A stretch of 64,000 bases of DNA from Candidatus Cloacimonadales bacterium (GTDB lineage Bacteria; Cloacimonadota; Cloacimonadia; Cloacimonadales; JAFGVF01): NCBI GenBank assembly GCA_963662585.1, contig OY759729.1, positions 32,001 through 96,000 on the forward strand, in the 5' to 3' direction. Position numbers and translations under genes: made by a program. Under the pieces are notes generated by a model, which had not been told where the DNA came from, did no database searches, and saw nothing but the letters and a program-made list of their open reading frames with translations. Shown here piece by piece: positions 47,393-56,856 of this stretch. The stretch's first letter is position 1, and every line of letters begins with the position of its first letter.

Positions 47393-48559
47393 ATGAATAT
47401 TCAGAGACTTTACGAATTTTTACTGAGTGATGAATCTCAGGAAATTCTTCAGGTTATTGCCCAAAGAGATATTACTAATTTAAACCAAATTCAATATTTG
47501 AAAGGGAAATTTCCTCAGCATCCTATTCCAGAGCTTTTGACTTTGGAACGATTAAGAAAGAATGCTAATAAAAGAATTATCAATGCTGATAAGTATCTAT
47601 TTACCACGAAAGGTGTTGAGCAATCTTCTTCTTCTGCAGTTGCCCAATATCATTCTTCTCTTTTTGATAATGTCCAGCGGATTGCGGATCTCTGTTGTGG
47701 AAACGGTATTGATTTGCTAAACATTGCTAAGAATAAAGAGAAAGTTTTTGCTATTGATTTATCAAGCACTGCTCTCTTGTGCAGTAAATATAATTGCATG
47801 ATTAATGGCTTAACTAATATAGAATTTTTAAATCTTAAAGCAGAAGACTTTTCTCAGCCAGTTGATGGAATATTTATCGATCCTGATAGAAGACCAGAAG
47901 AACGAAGAGTAATTCAAGGAGAAGATATTTCACCTAATTTTACTGAGATTCTTGAGTTGATCAAGACATTCCAAAATGTTGTAGTGAAGCTCTCCCCCGT
48001 CTTTGATTATCATTCAGCAGAAGTGCCTCAAGAACATACTTGGGAGTTTATTTCGGAAGATAAAGTTATGAAAGAAATTCTTCTTTGTACTGGTATTTTT
48101 TCTACTCCTAATGTAAGCAGGAAAGTTGTGCTACTTCCCAATACTATATTTTGTGAAAATAACTCCAAGGTAGAAATCACCCCAATTAAAAGATATATCT
48201 ATGATTTAGATCCAGCACTTATTAGGAGTGGCTTAGTGCAAGATCTTGCTTATGAATTACAAGCTACTCTTATTAATAAACATATTTCAATTTTAACTTC
48301 TGAAAGTGTGATAGATTCCCCTTTCACTAAAGGATATGAAGTAATAGATTATTTTCATTATAGTAAGAAGTCATTACAGAAGTATCTAAAAGATAACAGT
48401 ATTGGTGAATTAGTAATTAAAGTAAGAGGTTTTCCTGAAAGACCTAATCAAGTTCTCCAAAAGCTTAAACTCTCAGGAAGTAATAAGGCTCTTGTATATC
48501 TTGTTAGAATGGATAAAGAGTTTCTGTGTATGGTATTAGCTACTTTATCAGGCTCTTAA
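47393..48559 (+). CDS. SAM-dependent methyltransferase with C-terminal THUMP-like domain
   Basis: EQSSS, DLCCGNGID, FIDPDRR, KLSP, DPALIRSG, VIKVRG. Confidence 0.8.
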   Translation: MNIQRLYEFLLSDESQEILQVIAQRDITNLNQIQYLKGKFPQHPIPELLTLERLRKNANKRIINADKYLFTTKGVEQSSSSAVAQYHSSLFDNVQRIADLCCGNGIDLLNIAKNKEKVFAIDLSSTALLCSKYNCMINGLTNIEFLNLKAEDFSQPVDGIFIDPDRRPEERRVIQGEDISPNFTEILELIKTFQNVVVKLSPVFDYHSAEVPQEHTWEFISEDKVMKEILLCTGIFSTPNVSRKVVLLPNTIFCENNSKVEITPIKRYIYDLDPALIRSGLVQDLAYELQATLINKHISILTSESVIDSPFTKGYEVIDYFHYSKKSLQKYLKDNSIGELVIKVRGFPERPNQVLQKLKLSGSNKALVYLVRMDKEFLCMVLATLSGS

Positions 48560-48770
48560 AATGTAACTCGAGGCTTTTTTTTCTAATCCAGATGATGCAG
48601 TAGAGTTAAGAAGAGACCGAGTAGATTTAGAGGAAGCTAGGGAGGCTTACACCCACTAAAAATCCCCCAAGGATAGGATATGCATATTTATGCCTTGACT
48701 ATTATCAATAATAATTAATTTTATAGTTTATACGCTTGTATAAAAATATTACATAAATATAGGACCTTAT

Positions 48771-51302
48771 ATGAAAAAATATATTCTGTTTATAGTGTTA
48801 GTTTTCTTTCTTGTTAACTTATTTTCTTATCATAGCATTTTAGATTGGCGTTATATAAAAGATGATAGATTTATTGTCTATTATCCTCAAGGTCAATATC
48901 TGTATGCAAAATATTCTCTAAACTCTCTTAAAGAGTATGCTGGAGAAGTAGATAACATTACTGGAAATGATAGAAAACAGAAGCTAAATATCATTCTGCA
49001 AGATACAGGGGAGTTCTATAATGGTTCAGCACGTCCTATTGAAAATAAACTCAAGTTATTTTTAAACACTCCTAGTACTCATGGTTCTTTTACTTCCCAA
49101 GAGTGGTTAAACATGCTAGTTATTCATGAATATACACATCATTCACATTTAACTAACGCTAAGAAATATCCTCTTCTCTTCTCTAAAATATTTGGTAATG
49201 TATTTTCCCCAAACCTCTATTCTCCTATGTGGATTGTTGAAGGAATCACTGTAAGGAATGAATCGAATTTTTCACCCTACATGGGAAGATTGAATAATGG
49301 TTATTACACAGAGATTTTAAATGCTCAACTCCGAGAAGGTAACTTTCAAAACCATATTAGTGCTAATTATTATCTAGAAGATTATCCTTTAGGGAATTAT
49401 TATGTCTATGGTGGAGCATTTGTTAAATGGTTGGGTGATCAATATGGTGAAGAGAAACTAACAGAGTTCTTTAACTATTATGGTTCAGATTTTAGAAATG
49501 TTCTAGTTAGTTCACTCTTTCCAAAATATACACTAGACAAAGCTGCTAAAAGAGTTTTTGGTAAGAGGTTCCCACAATTATTCGCTCAATGGAAAAAGTA
49601 TCTTGAGATTAGTGCAGATTTTGATAAAGATCTTCAAACAAGAAATATTCCTCATAACTGGGATAATACCCTACTGGTAAATAATATTACTTCAGACAAT
49701 AAGCATAACATCTATTTCTTTGAAACTGCCAAGTACTTTAACCATTATAGAAATAATATTATCAGATTTAATATTGAAGATGCTTCTGATGATATTATCT
49801 ATTCCAGTAATTCTAACCTTTCAGCTAATTTAGAGATTGTTGGAAATACTCTCTACTTTGCTGAAGAAGAAGGAGAGTTTACTGGTAATAATTTAGTCTT
49901 TGGTGGTTATTCAGGGACTTCTGTCTTGAAGAAGCTCAATTTAGCTGATAACTTCTCTAGCTCGATTATTTTAAGTAAAGCTTTTAAAGATTTTACAGTA
50001 GCCGAAAATGGAGTCATCTTTTACACTACAGAAGATATCAATACAATGACTTCTTCCCTTTTTAAATACACTAATAATCACCATTCCTTAGTAAAAAACT
50101 TTCCATTCTTGCTCAGTGAACTAGTTTATTCAAATAATAAGATTTACTGTACTTACAAATATACTAATTCATCTTGGGATATTGGAGAAATTTCTTTGGA
50201 TAATTATACCTTATCTCCTGTAATCTCCACCTATTCTCAAGAGAAAAACATTCATGTTTATAATAATAATCTACTCTTCACTTCTAATCAAGGAAATAAA
50301 TCTCAAGCTTATAAAATAAATTTAATTAGCAAAAAACTAAGCAAGATTAGTAATAACTTTTATGCTGATATGCCTAAGATTATAGCTGATAAATTGTATT
50401 ACAAGAGTATTTCAGGTAAGGGCGAAAGAGTGTCTATCGACGAACTAGTTGATTTGAAAGCTGACTTAGAACTTGTAGAAGACCCAAGATTGATTACACT
50501 TATGGATGATGATTATCAGGAAGAAGTAGCTTTAGGGGAATCATTTAAACAACTATTAATTCCCTTTGTTCGATATCCCTTAGGAATATTAAGTAGTGAT
50601 GGAATTGGATTCTTTGATGTCTCCATGGATTGGTTTATTACTGATGAAGGTGGATACTTTGGAGCTGATATCTCCACTCGCATCTTCTCGCCTCTTATTT
50701 TAAAATACTCTTTGAGCAATCAAGATGATAACTATTTAAGTGCTCAACTAAGAATCTACTACTCCCAAATTAACTGGCTGAATAGTGTAGATGTTATAGG
50801 AACGACAGATTTTGATGATAGCAATTTACTGGGAAACCAGATTATGTTTAGAAAATTCAATTCGACTTTCACAAATTATCATCTTTATGATCTTGAAGCT
50901 AGAGGCTTTACTAATAATGCCATTCTGACACACAACTTTAAAAAAGCACAACTCAGTCTTCTCTTTAATAGAGTCTATGATTATGATAAATCTCCCAACT
51001 TCTCCGAGCATACTATTCATTCAGGAAATAGCACTTACAATGATTATGGTTGTCAAGTAGATTTTAATATCTTTAAAGTTAGAGATGGTTTCTGGACTCC
51101 TAATATAGCCATGAAAGATATCGACCTTAGTCTTGGCCTTTTCCAAAATGATTATGAGTCTGATAAAAATATTACTTATGCTAAAGTTTCTGCCAAAACT
51201 GATGTTTTCACTGCTAATGCCCTTCAATTTAGAATTGAAACAGGTGCCTATTTCAATAATAAGAATTTTATGCCGATGATTAGAATTGGAAGTGATTTTT
51301 AG
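48771..51302 (+). CDS. Secreted gluzincin metallopeptidase-like protein with beta-propeller and possible C-terminal beta-barrel
   Basis: Signal peptide, IHEYTH (HExxH), PMWIVEG third-ligand motif, beta-rich repeats, C-terminal Phe. Confidence 0.7.
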   Translation: MKKYILFIVLVFFLVNLFSYHSILDWRYIKDDRFIVYYPQGQYLYAKYSLNSLKEYAGEVDNITGNDRKQKLNIILQDTGEFYNGSARPIENKLKLFLNTPSTHGSFTSQEWLNMLVIHEYTHHSHLTNAKKYPLLFSKIFGNVFSPNLYSPMWIVEGITVRNESNFSPYMGRLNNGYYTEILNAQLREGNFQNHISANYYLEDYPLGNYYVYGGAFVKWLGDQYGEEKLTEFFNYYGSDFRNVLVSSLFPKYTLDKAAKRVFGKRFPQLFAQWKKYLEISADFDKDLQTRNIPHNWDNTLLVNNITSDNKHNIYFFETAKYFNHYRNNIIRFNIEDASDDIIYSSNSNLSANLEIVGNTLYFAEEEGEFTGNNLVFGGYSGTSVLKKLNLADNFSSSIILSKAFKDFTVAENGVIFYTTEDINTMTSSLFKYTNNHHSLVKNFPFLLSELVYSNNKIYCTYKYTNSSWDIGEISLDNYTLSPVISTYSQEKNIHVYNNNLLFTSNQGNKSQAYKINLISKKLSKISNNFYADMPKIIADKLYYKSISGKGERVSIDELVDLKADLELVEDPRLITLMDDDYQEEVALGESFKQLLIPFVRYPLGILSSDGIGFFDVSMDWFITDEGGYFGADISTRIFSPLILKYSLSNQDDNYLSAQLRIYYSQINWLNSVDVIGTTDFDDSNLLGNQIMFRKFNSTFTNYHLYDLEARGFTNNAILTHNFKKAQLSLLFNRVYDYDKSPNFSEHTIHSGNSTYNDYGCQVDFNIFKVRDGFWTPNIAMKDIDLSLGLFQNDYESDKNITYAKVSAKTDVFTANALQFRIETGAYFNNKNFMPMIRIGSDF

Positions 51303-51332
51303 ATCACTTTGAACTGGGAGGCATCTTCCTAT

Positions 51333-51569
51333 CTGGGGTTAACGGACCTTTAGTCCGTGAATGAATTTCTCTTATCTGGGGTTACGGACCTTTAGTCCGT
51401 GATATTTTAATTAATCTTCAATTTCCTTTGGGGGAAATCGAAGATTCGCGGACTAAAGGTCCGCAACCCCAGTTACTTCGCGGACTAAAAGTCCGCAACC
51501 CCAGTTACTTTCGCGGACTAAAGGTCCGCAACCCCAGTTACTTCGCGGACTAAAGGTCCGCAACCCCTG
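51333..51569. repeat. REP cluster (6 copies) downstream of the transposase
   Basis: CTGGGGTT(A)ACGGACCTTTAGTCCGTGA at 51333 and 51376; inverted TCGCGGACTAAAGGTCCGCAACCCCWG at 51446, 51478, 51511 and 51543. Confidence 0.95.
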
Positions 51570-52118
51570 TTATTTCTTCTTCCCATTATTTCGGATATAT
51601 TCCACAACCCTTTCAAAATGTTGATCATTTCTGATATATCTATCAAAATAATCATCCATCCAGAATTTCCCTTTTCTATTCAAGTAACGATTTGCTTTTA
51701 GTGCCGTATATGACTTCCAGACTCTCACAATACTACTAATACTCTCTCCCTCATAAGGCTTAATCAATACATGAACATGATTTGGCATAACAATAAATTC
51801 AATTAAATCATATCTTCTTTTATCATAGTATTTAAGACTATCTTCAACTATTTTTTTAACAGCTGGTATTTTCAAATAACACTCGCCATAACCATTATCC
51901 TCATATTTACAGATATTTTGATATAAAATCTTGTATTCATTCTTTTTAAGGTCAGTATTATCAGCTATCTTTTCTTTCCAATACTCAATTATTTCTTTTG
52001 TTACCGAATCATATAGCCTAAAAGTAATAAACTGAAAAACAGAATCATCATCATAATGAGGAAAATTACCTCTCTTATACCAACCTTTGATCTCATCCTC
52101 TTCTAAGAAATAACACAT
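51570..52118 (-). CDS. REP-associated HUH tyrosine transposase (RAYT/TnpA-REP, Y1 superfamily)
   Basis: GWYKRGNFPHYD, FITFRLYDS, VMPNHVH (HUH), WKSYTA, FWMDDYFDRYIRN, EYIRNN (catalytic Tyr); GAGGAG RBS; flanked by REPs. Confidence 0.92.
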   Translation of the reverse strand: MCYFLEEDEIKGWYKRGNFPHYDDDSVFQFITFRLYDSVTKEIIEYWKEKIADNTDLKKNEYKILYQNICKYEDNGYGECYLKIPAVKKIVEDSLKYYDKRRYDLIEFIVMPNHVHVLIKPYEGESISSIVRVWKSYTALKANRYLNRKGKFWMDDYFDRYIRNDQHFERVVEYIRNNGKKK

Positions 52119-52143
52119 ATAAGCTCCTCAATATTCCCCTTAA

Positions 52144-52335
52144 CTGGGGTTACGGACCTTTAGTCCGTGAATGAATTCCTCTTATCTGGGGTTACGGACC
52201 TTTAGTCCGTGATATTTTAATTAATCTTCAATTTCCTTTGGGGAAATCGAAGATTCGCGGACTAAAGGTCCGCAACCCCTGTTACTTCGCGGACTAAAGG
52301 TCCGCAACCCCAGTTAACCCCTGTTAATCCCGGTT
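52144..52335. repeat. REP cluster (4 copies plus 10-bp stubs) upstream of the transposase
   Basis: REPs at 52144 and 52186 (+) and at 52255 and 52287 (-), then AACCCCTGTT and AATCCCGGTT stubs. Confidence 0.93.
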
Positions 52336-52469
52336 ATATAACAACCTTATCCATCAAATCCAGGTAGTTAGTAATCACATCATATTTATATTAACTATAA
52401 AAAGCTTCTATTAGTCAAGTTTTTTTTGTGTCATAATGGCTCTTTACTATTGAGCATAAAGCTATTACT

Positions 52470-52567
52470 AACTCCACTTCCCTTCCACCTTCTCACTCTG
52501 CTCAATTAAAACTTGTTTTTAATTTGAGTTGTATAAGATTTAGTAGGGGAAGATGGGTAAAAGTGGA
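52470..52567. repeat. Dispersed intergenic hairpin element (copy B)
   Basis: TCCACTT...TCTCACT-N3-CTCAA-N18-TTGAG-TTG...AGTAGGGGA...AAGTGGA. Confidence 0.55.
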
Positions 52568-52607
52568 ATAAAAAAAAAGTATATATCTCCTTCATAGACA
52601 GAAAATT

Positions 52608-52634
52608 GTAGAGGGCGAATAATTATTCGCCCTC
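52608..52634 (+). repeat. Solo GTAG-type REP
   Basis: GTAG foot overlapping the perfect palindrome GAGGGCGAATAATTATTCGCCCTC. Confidence 0.7.
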
Positions 52635-52709
52635 AAAGAAGAAAGACCCAGTCTGCTTCACAGTCACCCCTCTTGAAAACATTGTGAAAGAAATGAAGAG
52701 GGGAGTTTT

Positions 52710-53405
52710 TTAAATCCCTTTATAGATTAATTTCTGTTCCCAAGGTTTATTGAGGAAATATTTCAAAATAATTCTGTTTTTATCATTAAGACTATCAGGA
52801 ATAGAGTCTTGGAATTTTTCTAAAACAAGATACTTATTGAAAGGTAATTTTAATTCATCAGCTACAAGTTGAATTGTATCGATTCCTGATTTTACTACTT
52901 GTGAATCAGTAAATTCCATAAGATTAGCATTACAGATTAACTCAGTTACTTTGAGGGTAGAAAGTGATTCAATCATTTCCATCATCTGTTTAATCTCAGC
53001 AGGATTACTAGTAAAAGGTCTATTAGTATTAACTACAAAGTGTAATTCATAACCTCTTTTTTTAATCTCAGGCACGAATCTACCAAGAGTTCTAGCACCA
53101 GCTGGATCACCACCAACATCTAGAATCACAGTTCTATCTGTTTTCATAATCATACCTCTTACTCGAGGTGAAATCATTGGTAAATCAGCGTGTTTAAATT
53201 CTCCTTCAGGAGCAACAACTTGAATCCCAATTTCTTCAAACTGTTCCCTGACATCTCTACTTCTGAAATAAGGATTCACTACATCCATATCACACAAAAC
53301 GATATCGCGGTCTTGGTCATTTAAGTCTTTAGCTAAGTTTATGGCATATTCACTTTTACCAGAGCCATAAGCTCCGATAACAATAATTAATTTATGTTCA
53401 GTCAT
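52710..53405 (-). CDS. Conserved P-loop ATP-binding protein (MinD/CobQ-like)
   Basis: GAYGSGKSE, DMDVVNPYFRSR, LDVGGD, NTNRPFT. Confidence 0.8.
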   Translation of the reverse strand: MTEHKLIIVIGAYGSGKSEYAINLAKDLNDQDRDIVLCDMDVVNPYFRSRDVREQFEEIGIQVVAPEGEFKHADLPMISPRVRGMIMKTDRTVILDVGGDPAGARTLGRFVPEIKKRGYELHFVVNTNRPFTSNPAEIKQMMEMIESLSTLKVTELICNANLMEFTDSQVVKSGIDTIQLVADELKLPFNKYLVLEKFQDSIPDSLNDKNRIILKYFLNKPWEQKLIYKGI

Positions 53406-53456
53406 TATTAAATCTCCTATGTTATTATATATTTATAAAGAATATAATATTTTAAG

Positions 53457-54113
53457 CTAGAAAAGCAAAGAATCTAATTCAGAATAGTTATTCACAAAGG
53501 CATCAGCATTTTGCATTAAGAGCGACTTGTCCTTTTTAGAATAATCATTATAGATAGCTATAACCTTCATTCCTGCATTCTTGGCAGCTTCAACACCGTG
53601 TAAGGTGTCTTCTATAACTAAGCAGTGCTGAGGGGCTATATCTAGCTCTTGGGCTACAGTAAGATAGATATCAGGAAATGGTTTACCTCTCTGAATCTTA
53701 CAGCCTGTAACTACACTTTGGAAGTTATTAAAAATTTGATTATATTGCAGAGTTGCTTGAGTAAGAACTTCTGAATTACTTGTACCAATTCCTAAGCGAA
53801 GTCCTTTGTTGATTAACTTGATTAGAAGCTCATCAGCCCCCTTTATTAATCCCAAAGTAGAATAAAAATCATAGACCATAGAATTCCATTCGGCAATAAT
53901 ATCTTCGGTTGAATCTGCTAAATCAAACTTATCTTTAAAATAGATAGCCATAGGAAGAAGTCCATCACCTGAAGGTAAATCTGAAAAAAGATCATCGGGA
54001 ACTTCCTTACCTCTCTTTTTTAAGAAATCAATATCTACTTGATCCCAGACATGCATTGAGTCTATTAAAGTTCCATCTAAATCAAAAATTACAGCTTTGA
54101 TATCTTCTAACAT
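53457..54113 (-). CDS. HAD-superfamily phosphatase (beta-PGM-like)
   Basis: FDLDGTLIDS, GTSN, GKPFPDIY, IEDT..GVEAA. Confidence 0.9.
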   Translation of the reverse strand: MLEDIKAVIFDLDGTLIDSMHVWDQVDIDFLKKRGKEVPDDLFSDLPSGDGLLPMAIYFKDKFDLADSTEDIIAEWNSMVYDFYSTLGLIKGADELLIKLINKGLRLGIGTSNSEVLTQATLQYNQIFNNFQSVVTGCKIQRGKPFPDIYLTVAQELDIAPQHCLVIEDTLHGVEAAKNAGMKVIAIYNDYSKKDKSLLMQNADAFVNNYSELDSLLF

Positions 54114-54116
54114 AAT

Positions 54117-55094
54117 CTATAAAACACTCTGGTTAAAGAACTTTTTTACCATTTCAGCAGATTGATATTTGCCAAAGAGAGCCATAAGTTTGATTCTAGC
54201 TTTAGGTCCTTGCAGGTCTCCTCCTAGAATACATCCTATTTCTTGGAGACTTTTCCCTCCCCCATCATAGCCGTATTCAGGTAGAACTCTTCCGGTAATA
54301 GTTCTAGAAACTATCACTACCAGTACTCCAGCATCTATAGCTAGCTTAAGGGCTGGTAGTAGTTCTTGAGGCAGATTTCCTCTTCCGAAAGCCTCTATAA
54401 CAAGAGCTTTAGAACCTTTGGCGATTGACGCATTAATATAAGTATCATCCATTCCTGCTACTGCCTTAATAAGGTCAACTTTAGGTTCTATAAGATTAGT
54501 CCATACTGATTCTCTAAGATAGTTATTTCTATGATAAATAACCATATCAGGGTCAATAGTTCCAATAGGACCATACTTAGGTGATCTAAAGGCATCAACA
54601 GTACCTGAATCAAATTTAAGGACATCACGAGCGGTATGAATATCATCATTCATTACCACAAGTACGCCTTTATCAACAGTTTCAGGATGACTAGCAACAC
54701 GAACAGAGTCGATAATATTGCGTGGACCATCCAAGCCTAATTCTGAGCCAGAACGCATGGCAGCGGTCAAGACAATAGGTTTTCTAGAAGTAGTTACCAA
54801 ATCTAAGAAATAGGCTGTTTCTTCTAAAGTATCAGTGCCATGAGTAATTACTACTCCATCGTAATCCAAGAGATAGCTATCTACTTTTTGAGCTAAATCC
54901 ATCATGATTTTTGGGGTCATGTAGGGACTTGGTAAATTAGAGTATTCAATTACTTCAATATTTGATATTTCATTTAATTGGGGAAATGAGTTCAAAAATT
55001 CCACAAACTCAGAAGTAGGAACAACCCCTAAGTCTTGCGACTTTTTCATACCGATAGTTCCCCCGGTAGTTAATATTAATATATTCTTCTTCAT
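54117..55094 (-). CDS. ansA: L-asparaginase
   Basis: TTGGTI, HGTDTLEETA, FGRGN, KARIKL. Confidence 0.9.
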   Translation of the reverse strand: MKKNILILTTGGTIGMKKSQDLGVVPTSEFVEFLNSFPQLNEISNIEVIEYSNLPSPYMTPKIMMDLAQKVDSYLLDYDGVVITHGTDTLEETAYFLDLVTTSRKPIVLTAAMRSGSELGLDGPRNIIDSVRVASHPETVDKGVLVVMNDDIHTARDVLKFDSGTVDAFRSPKYGPIGTIDPDMVIYHRNNYLRESVWTNLIEPKVDLIKAVAGMDDTYINASIAKGSKALVIEAFGRGNLPQELLPALKLAIDAGVLVVIVSRTITGRVLPEYGYDGGGKSLQEIGCILGGDLQGPKARIKLMALFGKYQSAEMVKKFFNQSVL

Positions 55095-56839
55095 TAATTA
55101 GTTCCTTTATAAAAATCTTTCATACTAAACCATTTCTTTACTTTAGCATTTTTAATTTCATCTTTTAGCCAAGTATTAAAATAATTTCTTAAGTCATCGT
55201 TGCGATATTCACCTTGGATAAGATAATAATTATTTTTAAAGAATGTTTTATCTGCTTTATTTTTCTTTAATAAAATTGCAATATATCCTGTAGATCCTTC
55301 TCTAATGCAGTTAGTGTAATCACCTCTGGAAGATAAGGAGAGGATGTCTAAGTTAAATTCTAAATTCTCTTCTTGTGTTAGTTTAGAATCTTTTCCTACT
55401 TTTTCAATCACAGCATAGTTAACATCAGTAAGTTCCTCAGGATTAATATCTTTATAATTATCTGCTAAACTTCTTAGTCGTTTAGAGACATAGTCAAATT
55501 GCTTTTGTAGGAGAATCTCATTTTGGATATCAACAAAGAGAGAATCTAAATCTTTCTTTTTGTTAAGTCTATTCTGAACAATTTGGATCATTACTAAGAA
55601 TCTCTCACCTTTATTATAAATTGGGGCATAGATGTAACCATCAGGTTTATTATAAGCATCATTAATTAAATCTGTAAGATCCCCAAGTTCTTCGACAAAA
55701 ACTCTCTGTCTGTTTAAGTTATTAGCAGAATAGATTTTCCAGCCATATTCTTCCGCAGCATTTTCAATACCGATTTGCTTGATTAATCCATCAATTTGTC
55801 TGAATTCTTCTCTTCTTTGCAGAATAGTTTTTTGGGTAATTTGCACTGGATGCTTAAGTTCTTGAAGTTTAACCATAGTCTTAGTTTTTTCTAGAACTTT
55901 ATAGATATACCAAACATTGTTTTTGCTTACAGGAGTTATAACCTCTCCTATTTGGGCAGTAGCAACTAAGTTTCTAATTATCTCTGGGACATTTTCTAGT
56001 TTCATGAAAGGCATTTTTCCGAGAGGATAGGATTTTAAATTTGATGAAAACTCTCTGACTGCACTATCGAAATCACTACCTTGAGACAAGACAAAATAAA
56101 GTGAGTCAATAGTTGATTTAGTATCAGCAATTTCTTTTTTAGTTGGCTTAATATCTTGGATAATATACTTAATTGATAAGGAAGGATCATAATAATACTT
56201 ACTCTTATCATTTTCCCAGCGTAGTTCCACTTCTTTGTTAGTAACTGTGGGCTGAGTGCTATTTAAATCCATACTAAGCAAAATTACATCAGCAGTGGCA
56301 TAGTTTAGTTGATAGTATTTCTCAACATCAGAGCGGGATATATCGGCATTTTTTACTAATTGTTGTTGAATCTTCTGCATTGTGATACTCTGATAAGAGT
56401 TATATTTAATAATATCAGTATTAACTGGCTCATTTGTAAGAATAGAAGATCTATATTTATCTAGATCAAAATTACCTTTAGCACTAAAATAGCCTGATTC
56501 AGTAACAGCTTTAGGAGGGTTATTTAGTAAGCTATCGTTAACTTCTTCTTGAGTAACCTCAAGATTATTTTCTGTAATAAACTGATTAATAATAACCGAT
56601 CTAGTAATTCCTTGCCAAGTCTGTTCTTCTAAACGATCAATTTCTTTATCTGTAGCTTTGTAGTTGTTATTACCCTTAGTTAAATCTTTGTAATTATACA
56701 AAAAGCTTGTTGTGTAAATTGGTCTTTCAATTAATTGACCATTAATTTCACCTGCATATTGTTCATCTTTATCATTGTTGTTTAATGAACAACCCATTAA
56801 AATCAGTAACAGCCCTGTTATAATCAGAACTTTTTTCAT
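55094..56839 (-). CDS. SurA/PpiD-like periplasmic chaperone lipoprotein
   Basis: Lipobox LMGC, GEING, GNFDLDKY, parvulin-like DFDSAVREFS segment. Confidence 0.7.
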   Translation of the reverse strand: MKKVLIITGLLLILMGCSLNNNDKDEQYAGEINGQLIERPIYTTSFLYNYKDLTKGNNNYKATDKEIDRLEEQTWQGITRSVIINQFITENNLEVTQEEVNDSLLNNPPKAVTESGYFSAKGNFDLDKYRSSILTNEPVNTDIIKYNSYQSITMQKIQQQLVKNADISRSDVEKYYQLNYATADVILLSMDLNSTQPTVTNKEVELRWENDKSKYYYDPSLSIKYIIQDIKPTKKEIADTKSTIDSLYFVLSQGSDFDSAVREFSSNLKSYPLGKMPFMKLENVPEIIRNLVATAQIGEVITPVSKNNVWYIYKVLEKTKTMVKLQELKHPVQITQKTILQRREEFRQIDGLIKQIGIENAAEEYGWKIYSANNLNRQRVFVEELGDLTDLINDAYNKPDGYIYAPIYNKGERFLVMIQIVQNRLNKKKDLDSLFVDIQNEILLQKQFDYVSKRLRSLADNYKDINPEELTDVNYAVIEKVGKDSKLTQEENLEFNLDILSLSSRGDYTNCIREGSTGYIAILLKKNKADKTFFKNNYYLIQGEYRNDDLRNYFNTWLKDEIKNAKVKKWFSMKDFYKGTN

Positions 56840-56856
56840 ATTGACCCCTATTATTA

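Larger units (their letters stand above)
51333..52335 (-). mobile_element. REPtron (RAYT gene with flanking REP/REPIN arrays)
   Basis: The transposase is bracketed by near-identical ~170-bp blocks at 51333-51504 and 52144-52313. Confidence 0.85.

Noticed and set aside
51446..51569. CRISPR-like tandem 27-bp repeats
   Set aside because: The linkers are only 5-6 bp and identical, repeats occur in both orientations, there are no cas genes, and a RAYT is adjacent. These are REPs.
51570..52118. IS200/IS605 element with TnpB
   Set aside because: There is no tnpB/iscB ORF; the protein motifs and multiple flanking REPs fit a RAYT.
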